Assembly (NCBI GenBank): GCA_034189385.1
Contig: JAXHVD010000025.1
Coordinates: 1-63,100, forward strand
Source: Thermodesulfobacteriota bacterium
GTDB lineage: Bacteria > Desulfobacterota > Desulfobacteria > Desulfobacterales > C00003060
Direction: 5' to 3'
Length of the DNA: 63,100 nucleotides
Shown piece by piece: positions 50,639 through 61,626 of the stretch. Made by a program: the position numbers and the translations under genes. Every line of letters starts with the position of its first letter. The first letter of the stretch is position 1. The notes under the pieces are model-generated. The model saw nothing but the letters and a program-made list of their open reading frames with translations, searched no databases and was not told where the DNA came from.

Positions 50639-51007
50639 AATGAAACACCTCTGCGCCGCAGTCTACACGAAGGTCTTCTCTCTCAGGCAGCGGAAGACTA
50701 ACAAAGAGAGATGGACTTGTAAAGGGAAAAATACCATAAAATGTATATCTTAGCCCGATAGGTACAACATATGGGGGTTTTTGCCTCTATGCCACGGGCT
50801 TGTTGCTGGTCTGAGAGGCCCCTGCGTCTCTGATGAACTGTACACAAACTTCGAAGATTCAGGAAACATTTTTCACCGGCCCGATGAATCATGGTCTTGG
50901 CCTGGCCAAATCAAGGCGGCTGCCAATGAGACCATAAAGCCCTTGTCATTTCACCATAATTGGACTATTTATTGAAGAGAAAGTAACCCTATCATGGGGG
51001 AGGAAAC

Positions 51008-51943
51008 GTGTTCAACTTTCGTTTTGGAAGGCGCCTTGCCATGGCTGAAGAGACCTACGACTTTCCCCCTTTTAGGCCTCCCAGCGAGGCAGACAGTCTC
51101 CTTCTAAGGGTCACCCACGGGTGTCCTTGGAATCGGTGTGCCTTTTGTCCCATGTATAAGGACGTGAAATTCAAGAAGCGTCCCGTGGAGGAGGTGAAGG
51201 CCGACATTGATACGGCCAAGGCATTTACTGGTGGAGATGTGAGCAGTGTCTTTATCGGAGATTCAGACAGCCTCGTTGTCAAGACCGCTGAACTGTGTGA
51301 AATTTTGCGCTATCTTCATCGTGTCTTTCGCCGGATCGACCGGGTGACAAGCTACGCAAGGGCCCAGACCCTGAGGCGCAAGTCCGCTGAGAGCCTAAGG
51401 GCAATAAGGATGGCTGGACTGACTCGACTGCACATCGGTCTTGAGACGGGCAGTGCTTTGCTCCTGGATCAGATCCAAAAAGGTGCAACCCCGGCTACGA
51501 TGGTCAAGGCTTGCGCAAAAGCAAAAGAGGCTGGATTCGAGGTTTCCCTGTATGTGCTATTGGGAATAGGAGGGGAGAAGCACTGGCAGGAGCACGCCTC
51601 AGAAACAGCCAGAGTGCTGAACCGGATAGACCCTGATTTTGTGAGGGTTAGAACGCTGGTGCCCCAACCTGGCACCCTGGTATATCAATGGTGGCGGGAA
51701 GGGCATTTTGAAATGCCCAGTCCGGAGACGGTATTGCGAGAACAGAGGGCCCTTATTCAAGACCTCTCTATCCGGTCTCAATACCTTTCAGATCATGTCT
51801 CCAACTATGCGGCGATCAACGGGAATCTACCGGATGACAAGGCCAAGATGCTGGCCATGATAGACGAGGCCTTGGAGTTGCTGTCCAGGGATAATGACTT
51901 CAGGGCTGAACTTGAGAATATGCATCACCTGCGAAGATTGTGA
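51008..51943 (+). CDS. Radical SAM protein
   Basis: RPPSEA.S.LLRVT.GCPWNRCAFC (CX4CX2C-type cluster motif), IGLETG, SDHVSNY. Confidence 0.88.
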   Translation: MFNFRFGRRLAMAEETYDFPPFRPPSEADSLLLRVTHGCPWNRCAFCPMYKDVKFKKRPVEEVKADIDTAKAFTGGDVSSVFIGDSDSLVVKTAELCEILRYLHRVFRRIDRVTSYARAQTLRRKSAESLRAIRMAGLTRLHIGLETGSALLLDQIQKGATPATMVKACAKAKEAGFEVSLYVLLGIGGEKHWQEHASETARVLNRIDPDFVRVRTLVPQPGTLVYQWWREGHFEMPSPETVLREQRALIQDLSIRSQYLSDHVSNYAAINGNLPDDKAKMLAMIDEALELLSRDNDFRAELENMHHLRRL

Positions 51944-51964
51944 GAGGAGCTATCTGAGAGTCCT

Positions 51965-52270
51965 ATGCCGATTTACGAATATGAATGCGCCAGGTGCGGG
52001 AAGGTGTTTGAAATGCTCATGCCCAGCGGCGAGAACCTGCCACCCTGCGTGAGTTGTGGGAGTAGCGAAACAAGGAAGATCATGGCCGTATCTGCCATTC
52101 GCATCAAGGAAGATGGCGCCACAGCCCGGATTGGCAAGAGGGTCAAAGACTACCTGAAAGATGGCAAGGTCTCTGATGCTGTGCGCTTTGCCGACAAGGC
52201 CGCATCCATGGTCAAGTCCGATAAGGTTCAGCGTATTGCGGAGAAACTTCATCAAAAGACTGGCAAATGA
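51965..52270 (+). CDS. FmdB-family zinc ribbon protein
   Basis: MPIYEYECARCG..FE...CVSCGS. Confidence 0.9.
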   Translation: MPIYEYECARCGKVFEMLMPSGENLPPCVSCGSSETRKIMAVSAIRIKEDGATARIGKRVKDYLKDGKVSDAVRFADKAASMVKSDKVQRIAEKLHQKTGK

Positions 52271-52512
52271 GCGTCTGGAAGACGTTGCTTGTGGCGGGCC
52301 GACTGCCATGGCACCACGGCATCGTCGGGGGGGCACAGGATCCTTGTTGGGCAGGGCCAAGCCTGGTCACACCGTGGCCAGCGGCCAGAGCGTTTGACAC
52401 CGCTCCTAAGGCCATGTTATTGGACCAAAAGAAATCCCAGAAAGCGCTCCTGGGATGTTCACGGTGTTAAAAAGGGTCTTTTGTCCGTCTCGTTTCAAGA
52501 GGGTTTCGTGAG

Positions 52513-53745
52513 ATGATTTGCCCCAAGTGCGGATTTGAACAGCCAGATGACATCTATTGTGCCTTTTGTGGGGTTAATATTGAAAAATACGCCGATCAAA
52601 GGAAGAAGAGACGATATAAGGGCGGCATGCTGGGTGCCCTGGTCATCATTGCAGCCATTTCAGTTGCAGCCTATGTTGTCTCGTTTCGAAAGGCTGGGCC
52701 CCCAGAGAGGATAGGTGAAGATGAATACGAGGGGGGCTTAGCGCAACTGGGCCAAGAGACAAGTTCGGAATTGAACGCTGGCCAACCAGGAGCCGGCCGA
52801 CGTCACAGCCAGGAAGAAACGGCTCGTGGGCCTAGTAACAAATCGCCAAGGGGACGCGAGAAGGCTAATAAGCCCATGGGGCAGTATGAGGGGAACAATG
52901 ACAGTTCCCTTTCTTCTTCTGCGGCAAGGGAGGGGACAGAGGGCCCTGTCGGTGAGGAGCCAGAGGAAGGCGAAAGCACAGCAGAGCAATGGCTTGAAAA
53001 GGGTCGGGCCTTGGATGACGATTCGGACGCAGAAGTGAAGTGTTACGAGATGGCCATCAGCCTGAACCCTGAGTTTGCCCCTGCCTACTATCGTCTGGGA
53101 GCCATTCACTATCGTCACGCCAACCATGAGTTGGCGGATCAGCACTTCGCCAAGTTTGTTAAGTATGCGACGGAGGCCGACTGGGAAGCCTATGACATTT
53201 ACGTGTATTATTCGCTTGCTGATGTAGATAGAATATCTGGAGAAGCAGAGACAGCTCTTGAAAAGGCCGAAGAGGTGACACCTGGGGAAACTGGGCCGGA
53301 GGCCGAGAAAACAGGCATTGAAAAGGCAAGTGAGGAAACGAGTGACGAAGTCATGACCATTGTCAAATTCTCGCCTGTGGACGGACATGTCATGGTGCCC
53401 GTGGTCTTAAATGATTTTTTGCAGGCCACAGTTATGGTTGACACAGGGGCCGGCATCACGATTTTTTCGAGAGAACTGGCACGGGACCTGGGTTTAACAG
53501 GGCAAACGGCGCATCCCATTACGCTGAAAACCATAGCTAAGGATGTGGATGGGCAACTGGTCACTTTGGATTCCATTCAGATTGGAGATTTGAGGAAAGA
53601 CCACTTTCCAGTGGCCATCACGGATCTGCCTCTTGGAGAGAAAGGAGAGTTTCATGGCATCCTGGGCATGGATTTCATGAAACACTACATCATCCAGATC
53701 GACAATGAGAGGCGGAGTATTGCACTAACTCCTAAGGCCCAGTAA
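52513..53745 (+). CDS. Membrane-anchored zinc-ribbon/TPR/retropepsin-like aspartic protease
   Basis: CPKCG..CAFCG, TM helix, TPR repeats, VMVDTGAGIT and GILGMDFM motifs. Confidence 0.82.
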   Translation: MICPKCGFEQPDDIYCAFCGVNIEKYADQRKKRRYKGGMLGALVIIAAISVAAYVVSFRKAGPPERIGEDEYEGGLAQLGQETSSELNAGQPGAGRRHSQEETARGPSNKSPRGREKANKPMGQYEGNNDSSLSSSAAREGTEGPVGEEPEEGESTAEQWLEKGRALDDDSDAEVKCYEMAISLNPEFAPAYYRLGAIHYRHANHELADQHFAKFVKYATEADWEAYDIYVYYSLADVDRISGEAETALEKAEEVTPGETGPEAEKTGIEKASEETSDEVMTIVKFSPVDGHVMVPVVLNDFLQATVMVDTGAGITIFSRELARDLGLTGQTAHPITLKTIAKDVDGQLVTLDSIQIGDLRKDHFPVAITDLPLGEKGEFHGILGMDFMKHYIIQIDNERRSIALTPKAQ

Positions 53746-53812
53746 ATCAGACAAGAGAGAGACGAGGACCTCTGCGGCCAAGGCCCAAAAAATCGATGGC
53801 TCAATTCTGTGC

Positions 53813-55390
53813 ATGACCCCCGTAGGAACAAAGGACATCACCGGGCCAAAGCCTTCCGCAGGTCTTGACAACAGGCACAGCCGCCGCGTGACCCAAGAAC
53901 TGCTTCCGCCGAAACATCACTTTGAGGCCGTGTTGGAAAATATGTCAGAGGGGATTCTGGAGGTCTTTTCTGAAAGGGTGACTTATGCCAACTCGGCGGC
54001 CCTATCGCTGTTTGAGTTGTCTTTGGAAAGGCTCCTGGGCTCGTCTCTCCAAGACATTTTTGACGAATCTGTGAGGGCTCAAGTGGCAGCCCTATGGACA
54101 TCGGGAAGTGACAAGGTTTCGGAAATAGGACTTGATCGGCCGTTGGAGCTTAACGGCAGGCAGGTTACAATCAAGGGCATTCCGGTGCAGGAAGAAACAT
54201 CGGCCGCTATCATCATGATAAGGGATGTAACGGAAAAAGAACGAATCCAAGCACAACGGTGGCAGTCTCAGAAGATGGAGACTATTGGCACGCTTGCTGA
54301 GGGCATTGCCCATGATGTGAACAATATGCTCATGGGCATCCAAGGCAATGTCTGTTTGATGCTCATGGACACTGAGCCGACAGACCCGCATTATGAGCCC
54401 CTGAAAAGTGTTGAGAAAGTGGTCGAGAGCGGGGCGAGACTCACCTCATATTTGCTGGGTTATGCCAGGAAGGGCAAACAGGACGTGGAACCGATCGACC
54501 TGAACCGGTTGGTGGAAGAGACGTCTGAGACATTTGCCAAAACGAGGAAGCATATCAACGTATCTAGAGACCTTGATGAGGACTTGTTGCTAATAGAGGG
54601 CGACCGGAATCAGATGGAGCAGGTCTTGTTGAATCTCTTGGTGAATACGGAAGACGCGATGCCCCAAGGGGGGAATCTGATCTTAAGAACCGTCAATACA
54701 ACACATAAGGAGATGCAGGGGAAGCTGTATGACCCACTGCCGGGCACCTACGTCTTGTTGACGGTGACCGACACCGGTGTGGGCATGGACGAAGAGACTG
54801 CGGAGCGGGTTTTTGACCCTTTCTTCACCACCAAGGATATGGGAAGGGGGATCGGTCTTGGCTTGGCTGCTGCCTACGGTATTATCAAGGGCCATGGAGG
54901 ATATGTTGACGTTGAATCTGTGAAGGGACGAGGGACCAGTTTCAGTGTCTATTTGCCCGCAGCAGAAAGAAAGGTGCAAAGAACGGTGTCACGTGCTGAA
55001 GGCATGATGGAAGGAACTGGGACGGTCCTGCTGGTAGACGACGAAGAGGTCATCTTGGAAGTGGGCCAGGAGCTGTTGGAAGCTCTGGGCTACCGGGTAT
55101 TAACCGCCAGGGACGGAAAAGAGGCCTTAGGGGTCTTAACAGAACATTCCGATGTAATAGAGCTTGTTCTCTTGGACATGGTGATGCCCAATATGGGCGG
55201 TGGCGAAACCTACGACCGCATGAGGGAGCTGAAGCCAGACGTGAGAGTGTTGCTTTCCAGCGGTTTCAGTATTGATGGTGATGCCACAGAGATATTGGAA
55301 CGTGGGTGCAATGGCTTCATTCAAAAGCCCTTTACCATGAGACAACTGTCCCAAAAAATAGGCGAGGTCCTGAACCAGGAAAGGATCTAA
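53813..55390 (+). CDS. Hybrid sensor histidine kinase (PAS-HisKA-HATPase-REC)
   Basis: [35 protein letters not shown] and a C-terminal receiver domain. Confidence 0.95.
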   Translation: MTPVGTKDITGPKPSAGLDNRHSRRVTQELLPPKHHFEAVLENMSEGILEVFSERVTYANSAALSLFELSLERLLGSSLQDIFDESVRAQVAALWTSGSDKVSEIGLDRPLELNGRQVTIKGIPVQEETSAAIIMIRDVTEKERIQAQRWQSQKMETIGTLAEGIAHDVNNMLMGIQGNVCLMLMDTEPTDPHYEPLKSVEKVVESGARLTSYLLGYARKGKQDVEPIDLNRLVEETSETFAKTRKHINVSRDLDEDLLLIEGDRNQMEQVLLNLLVNTEDAMPQGGNLILRTVNTTHKEMQGKLYDPLPGTYVLLTVTDTGVGMDEETAERVFDPFFTTKDMGRGIGLGLAAAYGIIKGHGGYVDVESVKGRGTSFSVYLPAAERKVQRTVSRAEGMMEGTGTVLLVDDEEVILEVGQELLEALGYRVLTARDGKEALGVLTEHSDVIELVLLDMVMPNMGGGETYDRMRELKPDVRVLLSSGFSIDGDATEILERGCNGFIQKPFTMRQLSQKIGEVLNQERI

Positions 55391-55549
55391 GGCTTCCAAA
55401 GGGCGAGCAACCAAGAGGACTGCAGGCCCAGCGGTACGAACAAAAAAGGGATGGCAACACCGTGGCAGGACCCCAGTAGGAGTGCCCACAGTATGTTGTA
55501 AAGGGTCTGCCACGGGGTCCTAAGCCTCAAGGGACGAGAGGCTTGGCCT

Positions 55550-55771
55550 TTAATCAGCCCCACCCGTTGGAGGAGACATCAGCCCAAGCCAGTATGCTCC
55601 GCGCCACCAATCGTGTCCCAGCGTAAGCCTGAGCCTGATGGCATGAAAAAGGCCGATAGGATTTGGGAGGCCAAGTGGGCTGGGATAGAAGCAGCCGCCT
55701 AACACTCCTGCCATTGCCTTTCGGTCCAATTCTTCGTCCAATTCCAGATCCTTGATCTCAATGCTTGCCAT
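55550..55771 (-). CDS. Small peptide with a double-glycine-type leader (73 aa)
   Basis: AGGAG RBS; MASIEIKDLELDEELDRKAMAGVLGG leader followed by a hydrophobic/aromatic core. Confidence 0.7.
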   Translation of the reverse strand: MASIEIKDLELDEELDRKAMAGVLGGCFYPSPLGLPNPIGLFHAIRLRLTLGHDWWRGAYWLGLMSPPTGGAD

Positions 55772-55833
55772 GGTCTTTCTCCTTTCGTGAATGCCATTTT
55801 TGCTATTTCCACCTTTCTGCACTATTCTTGACC

Positions 55834-55850
55834 TGCACTGCCTGTGCCAA
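55834..55850 (-). promoter_or_regulatory. Putative sigma54 (-24/-12) promoter for 55550-55771
   Basis: Minus strand TTGGCACAGGCAGTGCA with GG-N10-GC spacing; AT-rich IHF-like tract upstream at about 55878-55908. Confidence 0.6.
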
Positions 55851-56163
55851 CGCCTATCCTGAGGCGTGCCTATCATCATAACATTTTATAATTTATAGAT
55901 ATTATTTATGTGGCCACTGCTCTCAGGCTGCTTTCCAGTCTCTGATGGTCAGAGAATTGTTGTTTTTTGCCCAACAAATGAGGCCATGATTGTTGTCTGT
56001 GCTGTGTCCGTTGCCACTCGCCACTGATGTCACGAGGATCTGGCAGGGGCCAGAAGGAGTCTCAGTGCCATCATAGAGGTTTGATTTTTTTCAAGGCAAT
56101 GTGTATGTAACACACTAGAAGGGTGACTGATCCTCACCGACCCAACAGAGAAAGGAATGGTTT

Positions 56164-57198
56164 ATGAGACTCCGATCCAGCTTTTCGATTTGCATCATCT
56201 TTTTGGCCCTTTTGGTTCCCTCCACGGCTCAAAACGCCCAGGACCCATCCAAGTTTGGAGATGGCCTTTATGCTATCTTTGACACCACCAAGGGGGAGAT
56301 CGTTGTGCAGCTTTTTTCTGACAAAGCCCCTCTCACCGTGACGAATTTCGTCGGTCTGGTTGAGGGGACAAAGAGTTCCAACAAACCAAAGGGCACCCCC
56401 TTTTATGATGGATTGAAATTTCACCGCGTTATCAAAGATTTTATGATTCAGGGAGGAGATCCTGAAGGGACGGGAAGAGGCGGCCCTGGATATCGGTTTT
56501 CCGACGAATTTGATCCCACTTTGAGACATGACGGTCCGGGTATTCTTTCCATGGCAAATGCCGGCCCTAACACCAATGGCAGCCAGTTTTTCATTACCCA
56601 CAAGGCCACCCCCTGGCTGGACAACAAGCACACTGTTTTTGGGAGGGTTGTTTCCGGTCAGGACGTGGTACACGCGATCGAGAAGAACGACGTGATGAAG
56701 ACCGTCCGAATCCTGAGGATCGGTAAAGAGGCAGAGAAGTTCCAGGCAGATCAGAAGGCCTTTGAAGCACTCGAGTCTGCACTGAAAGAGAAGACTCAAA
56801 AAGAAGAAAGACAGGAGGCTGAAAAGCAGGCTGCCCTCATCAAGGAGAAATGGCCCAAGGCCCAGAAGACAGCGTCGGGACTCCTGTACGTGGTCACGGC
56901 AGAAGGGGCCGGCCCTAAACCCCAAAAGGGCCAAAAGGTGACGGCCCATTACACGGGAACCCTGTTAGACGGCAAGAAGTTTGACAGTTCCCGTGACAGG
57001 GGCAAGCCTTTTGAATTCCCTGTTGGAATGCGGCGGGTTATCCCTGGTTGGGATGAAGCCTTTCTGGATATGAAAAAGGGCGAGAAGAGGATCCTTATCG
57101 TCCCCCACGCTCTGGCCTACGGAGAAAACGGTCGGCCCCCTGTGATTCCTCCGAGGGCCACCCTGGTGTTTGATGTAGAACTCATTGATTTTAAATAG
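56164..57198 (+). CDS. Exported cyclophilin-FKBP fusion peptidyl-prolyl isomerase
   Basis: Signal peptide; [15 protein letters not shown] and [16 protein letters not shown] (cyclophilin); [15 protein letters not shown] and VIPGWDE (FKBP). Confidence 0.95.
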   Translation: MRLRSSFSICIIFLALLVPSTAQNAQDPSKFGDGLYAIFDTTKGEIVVQLFSDKAPLTVTNFVGLVEGTKSSNKPKGTPFYDGLKFHRVIKDFMIQGGDPEGTGRGGPGYRFSDEFDPTLRHDGPGILSMANAGPNTNGSQFFITHKATPWLDNKHTVFGRVVSGQDVVHAIEKNDVMKTVRILRIGKEAEKFQADQKAFEALESALKEKTQKEERQEAEKQAALIKEKWPKAQKTASGLLYVVTAEGAGPKPQKGQKVTAHYTGTLLDGKKFDSSRDRGKPFEFPVGMRRVIPGWDEAFLDMKKGEKRILIVPHALAYGENGRPPVIPPRATLVFDVELIDFK

Positions 57199-57283
57199 AG
57201 TTTTTTCGATTCAATCCAGTCGGTTGCCTTTCTTTTCTAAAGGGATGGGGGGAAGGGCGTTTGGAGAAAAGGAGACTATCAGG

Positions 57284-57320
57284 GTCATCACCAGGCGGGG
57301 AAATCCCACCTGGTGATGAC
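57284..57320. terminator. Hairpin between convergent genes (likely terminator)
   Basis: GTCATCACCAGG...CCTGGTGATGAC inverted repeat. Confidence 0.5.
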
Positions 57321-57396
57321 ATGAAAAGTACTAGGGGTATGCAAGGGGCCCGAACTTGTGAGTCTGCCGCCTGCCTGCCTCAGTTGAGGCAAGAGG

Positions 57397-57765
57397 CTAG
57401 GGATGGAATGGGGGGAAGCAAGGAAAACAGGAAGGACCTCTGACCCGGGATTTGTCATAGGTAAATGGTCCACTAAAGGTGGACACATTGCCGATTCTGT
57501 CACAGAGGGTGGGGCTATTGAACGGACACTCTCCCGGCGGCCTGGCCGATGGCCTGGCATTAGGGCCGCAGAGGCCGGGAGTATCAAATTGGCACCCATC
57601 TTGAGCCCCTTTGAGTCGACTGATCTTGTCAAACACGTTCGAGCCATTGAATCTGGATGCCACCGGATTGGTTGAGGCGTCAGCCAGGCAATCATCCGGT
57701 TGGGAAACGACTTCCCATGATAGGAGAACGAACAGCGCAAGCATAGCAACAACGAATTTGTTCAT
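57397..57765 (-). CDS. Small exported Cys/Pro-rich hypothetical protein
   Basis: GAGGAGG RBS, hydrophobic N-terminus, repeated CxFxxPxLC motif. Confidence 0.65.
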   Translation of the reverse strand: MNKFVVAMLALFVLLSWEVVSQPDDCLADASTNPVASRFNGSNVFDKISRLKGAQDGCQFDTPGLCGPNARPSARPPGECPFNSPTLCDRIGNVSTFSGPFTYDKSRVRGPSCFPCFPPFHP

Positions 57766-58103
57766 GAATGTACCTCCTCGTACTGCCTTAGATTTTCATT
57801 TAATAACAGATGGGCAATGCCCATCGTCAAAAGGTCCTTTAGACTGGCAACACCTCCTTTCCAAAAGACCACAAGTGAGCCATAGGATTCAAAACGGCCC
57901 GCCCAAGCATTCCTATCTTGATAGTCAGAAATAGCCAGTAAGATGTCAAGCACTTTTTTCACGTTCCTCTCAGCACCGTTAGAGTCTTGCCCGGAATCGT
58001 CCGAACGGAAGGCCATAGGATTGCAGCAATCCTGGTTGTTGCCACTCCAGGCAACAGTAGAGGACCAATGGACGGCGTGGTATGGGAAAATGACTTCTTT
58101 TTC

Positions 58104-58619
58104 TCATTGCTTGGCACGTTTTCCCAGATGGTGAGCCTTTATCTCTTCGGTGACGGTGTTCCCGGGACAATCAAAGTGGATACATCGACCACATTCATTT
58201 CTTCTTATAGTTGCCACGAGTACGACAATGGAAACCAGATAGACGGCCAGCAACCCGGGATGAAGATAGAGCCAGAATAGGGGAAAGGCAACCCAGAGGA
58301 GTATAGATGAAAGGGTAATGGTCAGTTCAAGATAGGAATAAGGCCCGGGCTGAGGCTTGAAATACTTGGGTAATCCCCACAGAAAAATACACTTCGTCGT
58401 GTTGTCACCTTCAATGTAATGGGGACAATGGGTGCAGAAAAATTTGTACACGACGACGAAGAAAACGCCTGCAGACAAGAGCAAATATACCAAAACCCCC
58501 AGAGGTGAGCTTCGGGCGATGGCCACGGAGCCGATAATAAGTGGTATCAAAAAGAATAAGTTCCAGTAAAGGCAGTCCGAAAATCTGTGTCGCACCTTGA
58601 GTCCATCTTCAGTGTTCAA
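58104..58619 (-). CDS. Hypothetical membrane protein with CxxC motifs
   Basis: Four TM segments; FCTHCPHY and ECGRCIHFDCP motifs. Confidence 0.75.
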   Translation of the reverse strand: MNTEDGLKVRHRFSDCLYWNLFFLIPLIIGSVAIARSSPLGVLVYLLLSAGVFFVVVYKFFCTHCPHYIEGDNTTKCIFLWGLPKYFKPQPGPYSYLELTITLSSILLWVAFPLFWLYLHPGLLAVYLVSIVVLVATIRRNECGRCIHFDCPGNTVTEEIKAHHLGKRAKQ

Positions 58620-59280
58620 TGTCTTCCTCCTTTCTCATTTTCGGCCCTAGGAACCTGTACGGAACGAACATGGGAACCCTTTTTTGATAGGTGCAATACT
58701 CTTCGCCGTACTCCATGACAAGCTTTCGCTCCTCCAGGTAGGTCCCTACGATTAGATACAAGGTTAGGATCATATTGGTCACCAATGTGGCGGCTGTGAG
58801 GTCCCTCGTCCAGACCAGGATAAGGCCTCCAGTATACCAGGGGTGGCGTATGATTCCCAAAATGCCCGTTGTGTCGAGCTCATGGCTTCCAGTCAGACTC
58901 TTCGTCCATATGCCTCCTCTGATTTGACGAATGCCCAAAAACTGCCACAAATCATAATGTCTTGCTCCAGAAAAAAAGAGCCAAAAGGCAACCCCCGCAA
59001 GACCGGTGCGAATCACTTCCCCCATGCCTTGCCAGCAGAACTCCCATCCCCCTTCAATGGACTTTTCATAGGCGACGATGGGTGTCATGGTCGCCAGGGC
59101 CACCACGTTAAAGAGCAGACGATAGAAACGAGACCCCCTTTTGAAGCGCTCATTCACATAAGCCGTTACGGACGGGCAAATCATGGCGCTGTGAAGGACA
59201 CACCAGGCGATCCACAACACAGCGAGGACGACGTAGGACATGATTTCCTTTTCGAACCATGGGGCCTTTTTGTTCTTCAC
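58609..59280 (-). CDS. Isoprenylcysteine carboxyl methyltransferase / NnrU-like membrane protein
   Basis: LHS, IRHPWY, LEERKL..YG..Y..Y...VPM motifs. Confidence 0.82.
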   Translation of the reverse strand: MKNKKAPWFEKEIMSYVVLAVLWIAWCVLHSAMICPSVTAYVNERFKRGSRFYRLLFNVVALATMTPIVAYEKSIEGGWEFCWQGMGEVIRTGLAGVAFWLFFSGARHYDLWQFLGIRQIRGGIWTKSLTGSHELDTTGILGIIRHPWYTGGLILVWTRDLTAATLVTNMILTLYLIVGTYLEERKLVMEYGEEYCTYQKRVPMFVPYRFLGPKMRKEEDIEH

Positions 59281-59523
59281 TTCCCCCGCAATCTTTCCAC
59301 CTGGACAGGCAGCCAGGGGGGATGTCTTCCTTTAGGGTCGTTTTGCTGGGGAAGAATAATCTCCTAAGGGTAACCAGTAATACGGTTGCTATTTCCTTGT
59401 CAACTTCGGATGTTTTCCCTTTGGTAAACACTTTCATTTGAAAACTCGTGGCGGAAAAGAGGATAAAGGCCTTGTCACCTCCTCAAAAAGGGTTATCATG
59501 GTTATGCAACAAGAGTGAGGTGA

Positions 59524-61626
59524 ATGACCCTGAAGACACTAGGAAGAAATGTGCTCGTTCTTTTTGTGACAGTCCTTGGCCTGGCACAGGCTCACGCTGG
59601 GGCGTCTTTTCTGTACGCGTCTGTCCATCACGATCTTTCCATTCAACTGTACCCTTCCGAACAGCGCCTTGTGGGCCGTGACGTCATCGCGTGGGACCTG
59701 AAGCAGGCTCATGCTTTTCCCCTCTTTTTGAATCCACAGGCCAAAATAACCCGCATCACAAGCAAGGGAAAAGATGTCCCCCACACCTTTGACGGCGGCC
59801 GATTGGTTCTGCAGATGGGCCGCCTTGAGGATCTTGCCGACGGAGAGGTAACCATTTCCTATGAGGCCAGGTTCTCAGACGAAGTGCCCGAAGACCCCGT
59901 TTACACAGAAGACCCAACATACGGCGTCGCCGCGGTCATTTTGGAGCAAGGATCGTTACTGCTTTCCGGTGCAGCCTGGTATCCTCAAGTTGCCGAAGGG
60001 AAATCCAGCTTCTTGATTCGCGTGGACGGGCCTGCTGGGTATGAGGCGATCACAGATGGCAAGCGTTTGATGCGGCGTAACGAAGGGGGGAAGTCCATAT
60101 CCACCTGGCAGATCGGACCCACCTTAAGAGGGGTTTCTTTGTCAGCCGGGCCCTATGTGGTAAGAGAATCCTCAGTACTCGGCATTCCCATTTACAGTTA
60201 TTTTTTTCCTGAAGACGACCATCTGGCCCAAAGGTATCTTGATGCTGTGGCTGAATACCTTCGTCTATATAGCGGCCTGTTCGGGCCCTATCCTTTTGAG
60301 AAATATGCTGTGGTGGAGAACTTCTTCCCCACCGGATACGGCTTTCCGTCCTATACTCTTCTGGGAAGACGTGTCATCCGGTTGGGTTTTATTGTGGAAA
60401 CGAGCTTGGGGCACGAGGTGGCCCACGCTTGGTGGGGAAATGGGGTGCTTGCGGACTACGAACAGGGCAACTGGTCTGAGGCCATCACCGCATATGTGGC
60501 AGATCATTTTTTTAAGGAAAGGGCGTCTTCTGAGCAGGGGCGGCTGCACCGTCTGAAGCTCCTAAGAGATTTTGCCACCCTTGTTCCTCGGGAAGAAGAC
60601 TTCCCTCTCAGGGCCTTTACAAGCCGTTATAACCCTGCAACCCGTGCCGTGGGATACGGAAAGGGTGCCATGGTCTTTCACATGGCCCGCCGCCTGGTGG
60701 GGGAGGAGGCCTTCTGGGGCGGGCTTAAGGACGTGTTTGCCCAGAAGTGTTTTGAGCGGGCCTCATGGGATGACTTTGCTGAAGCATGGGAAAGACGGAC
60801 AAAGCAGGACATGAAATCCTTTTTCACTCAGTGGGTCTCCCGAACAGGGGGCCCCTCCCTTTCCTTTGAACAGATCGAGTCAGATAAACAGGGCCAAGCC
60901 TGGATCGTCACAGGCCTCCTGGTGCAGGAAAAACCCTATTTCCAGATCCAGATGCCCCTGAGACTGGAGACGGAGGGACCGCCGGTGGAAACATATGTGC
61001 CCATTGACGGCAAGGCGTCGCCTTTTACCATCCGGTCCCTCTCCCGTCCGAGGCGACTGGTGGGGGATCCGGACGTGGATCTTTTTCGCATACTCCACCC
61101 TTCTGAGCTCCCTCCCACCGTAAACGGGATCAAGGCCTCCACCTCCCTTGTGGCTGTCACGGCCCACACCTTGCCGGAGACCAGTCAAAAAGCCCTTCGC
61201 ACCCTGCTCATGAGCCTCGGGCAGGAAAGGGCGCCTGTCCTGGCTGAGGACCAAAAGGAGGGGATAGACCTGGGCAAAACCGATATCCTTTACGCGGGCC
61301 TTCCCGCCAACCCGGCCTTCTTGCCACCCTTGTCTGAGGAACTCTCTTTCTCGTCCAAGGGATTTACGCTGAAGGGCCGCACCTTTGACCAACGAGGGGA
61401 TGTCCTCTTTGCCGTTATTCGCCATGGGCACAGAAGTGACAAAGTGGTTGCCCTCCTTCTATTCCTGTCTCAGGAAGGCCTTTCAGCGGCTGTACGTAAG
61501 ATTCCCCACTACGGCAACTACAGCTATCTTGCATTCCGCGAAGGCGTGAATCAGGACAAGGGGACATGGTCCGTTACAGCATCGCCTCTGATCTTTGCCT
61601 TTCCTTTGAAGGAGGTGTCTCCATGA
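59524..61626 (+). CDS. Exported M1-family aminopeptidase-like protein
   Basis: Signal peptide; GPYPF, HEVAHAWW...WSEAITAY (HExxH+E) and YGKGAMVFH motifs. Confidence 0.88.
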   Translation: MTLKTLGRNVLVLFVTVLGLAQAHAGASFLYASVHHDLSIQLYPSEQRLVGRDVIAWDLKQAHAFPLFLNPQAKITRITSKGKDVPHTFDGGRLVLQMGRLEDLADGEVTISYEARFSDEVPEDPVYTEDPTYGVAAVILEQGSLLLSGAAWYPQVAEGKSSFLIRVDGPAGYEAITDGKRLMRRNEGGKSISTWQIGPTLRGVSLSAGPYVVRESSVLGIPIYSYFFPEDDHLAQRYLDAVAEYLRLYSGLFGPYPFEKYAVVENFFPTGYGFPSYTLLGRRVIRLGFIVETSLGHEVAHAWWGNGVLADYEQGNWSEAITAYVADHFFKERASSEQGRLHRLKLLRDFATLVPREEDFPLRAFTSRYNPATRAVGYGKGAMVFHMARRLVGEEAFWGGLKDVFAQKCFERASWDDFAEAWERRTKQDMKSFFTQWVSRTGGPSLSFEQIESDKQGQAWIVTGLLVQEKPYFQIQMPLRLETEGPPVETYVPIDGKASPFTIRSLSRPRRLVGDPDVDLFRILHPSELPPTVNGIKASTSLVAVTAHTLPETSQKALRTLLMSLGQERAPVLAEDQKEGIDLGKTDILYAGLPANPAFLPPLSEELSFSSKGFTLKGRTFDQRGDVLFAVIRHGHRSDKVVALLLFLSQEGLSAAVRKIPHYGNYSYLAFREGVNQDKGTWSVTASPLIFAFPLKEVSP

